Position numbers and translations under genes: made by a program. Under the pieces are notes generated by a model. The model was not told the origin of the DNA. It saw nothing but the letters and a program-made list of their open reading frames with translations, and made no database searches. DNA of 64,000 bases. It comes from Desulfatiglandales bacterium. Lineage in GTDB: Bacteria; Desulfobacterota; DSM-4660; Desulfatiglandales; HGW-15. The stretch covers positions 3,264,001 to 3,328,000 of the forward strand of contig CAXXJJ010000004.1 of the NCBI GenBank assembly GCA_963667015.2, written 5' to 3'. Shown here piece after piece: positions 62,887 through 64,000 of this stretch (positions are counted from its first letter, which is position 1; every line of letters begins with the position of its first letter).

Positions 62887-64000
62887 TTAGTTTAAATCTT
62901 TTTTCTTGAGAAATGTAAATTCTTTAGCCGCTCTTTTTTCCAGCCGACCGTTACTCCATTTGATAAATCGTCTCAGCTTATTTTTCCTGTCAAGTTTTTG
63001 AAAAGAATCCCTGGAAAGCAGATTTCCATTATCGGATTTCCCGGAAGAATATATTCCCCATCCGCTCAACCCGGCTATAATTGTTCCGATATTGATTTTT
63101 TGCGGAATCCTATCAGAGTTATCTTCGCTTTTCAAGTCCCTAAAAAGATTATCGTTTTCATCCATATCGAACAAACCGTCGGTATTTCTGCGTGCATTTA
63201 ACAGGAGTTTATTTAATCTCAATTCAGCGCCCTCATTCTCTGCGGAACTGTTAATTACCATACCATCGGGTAATACCTTTATTACCCTTCCGTCCGGATA
63301 TGTTGTTATGGAAGAACCATCCGGATATTTAATGGTCTTCATCCCGTTAGGATATATAATAGTAATAACTCCATCGGGATCTTCTATTCGTTCCCTGCCA
63401 TCGGGTAACCTTGTGATAACCGTTCCGTCGGTCTTGATTACCTCGATCATGCCGTTGGGGTAAGTTTTTTCTATCGATCCGTCAGGCAGAGTTTCGGTTT
63501 TTATATTTCCTGAACCAGCTTTGGTATCCCCATCTTCTACTACCGGCATATAAAAGGCATTATGATTATTAGAGATCTCACTTGCCCCTGATAAGACCGG
63601 TCCGGATGTTATCACTTCTACACCGGCAGCCATAAACGATGATCTGTCAAGTTCTAATGGAGGACTTTGTTCCGTAGACCTAGTTTCTGGGGAGTAAAAA
63701 GGATTACCAGGTATCTGGTCCGGAGAAGGATAAACCCTGGTGACACTGTAATTCTCCATAATAACGCGCCCATATTTCCCTATAATTACATCAGTGGGAA
63801 ATTCACCTATTACTGTATCTCTCCCTTCCCCGCCGATAATAATATCCGAATCTTCACCGCCATCCAGGTAATCAGCATCACCGAGTGAACTTGGTCTTGT
63901 CTCTACGAAAGATGGTTTTCCGTCGGTAAAATCAATAAAACCGTTATCACCGATCAGAATATCTATTCCGTCACCGCCTGATATCCGGTCACTGTATTCA
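62887..64000 (-). CDS. C-terminus of an RTX-like repeat protein that starts beyond the window
   Basis: Frame open from 63999 into the 63759 ORF: DRISGGDGIDILIGDNG...DYLDGGEDSDIIIGGEGRDTVIG nonapeptide repeats, then 9x9-aa PDG repeats and a basic tail. Confidence 0.88.
   Translation of the reverse strand, partial: EYSDRISGGDGIDILIGDNGFIDFTDGKPSFVETRPSSLGDADYLDGGEDSDIIIGGEGRDTVIGEFPTDVIIGKYGRVIMENYSVTRVYPSPDQIPGNPFYSPETRSTEQSPPLELDRSSFMAAGVEVITSGPVLSGASEISNNHNAFYMPVVEDGDTKAGSGNIKTETLPDGSIEKTYPNGMIEVIKTDGTVITRLPDGRERIEDPDGVITIIYPNGMKTIKYPDGSSITTYPDGRVIKVLPDGMVINSSAENEGAELRLNKLLLNARRNTDGLFDMDENDNLFRDLKSEDNSDRIPQKINIGTIIAGLSGWGIYSSGKSDNGNLLSRDSFQKLDRKNKLRRFIKWSNGRLEKRAAKEFTFLKKKDLN

Noticed and set aside
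62887..63759. Independent 290-aa protein as given in the ORF track
   Set aside because: The frame is open without stops to the window end and encodes RTX-like repeats, so it is the tail of a larger gene

Overview
Bacterial chromosomal window. Gene content and gene order suggest a Desulfobacterota/deltaproteobacterial anaerobe (inference). Left to right: tig-clpP-clpX-lon; a tRNA-Val-like pseudo-copy plus tRNA-Val and tRNA-Asp; an AT-rich accessory stretch (hemerythrin, isochorismatase, thioredoxin-like, small hypotheticals, perR-katG); a sigma54 activator followed by a sigma54-promoted chemotaxis operon; lysS-lolCE-lolD-bamA-skp-lpxD-fabZ-lpxA-lpxI-gnnA-like-lpxB (skp and lpxI each split by a single missing A); ntrX-like, exbD, engB, aminotransferase, hisG, hisI; assorted metabolic and small genes. 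From 53.4 kb to the window end lies the most interesting locus, a minus-strand putative secretion system with no ABC ATPase in view. It comprises the C-terminus of an RTX-repeat protein, DUF3467, a GAF-MFP fusion, a PqqD-like/M50 protease/MFP fusion, a C-terminally truncated SecA paralogue and a third MFP. It is interrupted by an IS1380-family element nested inside a 301-bp MITE with the same terminal repeats, each with its own 5-bp target duplication. All calls come from motif recognition by eye; no database searches were run.
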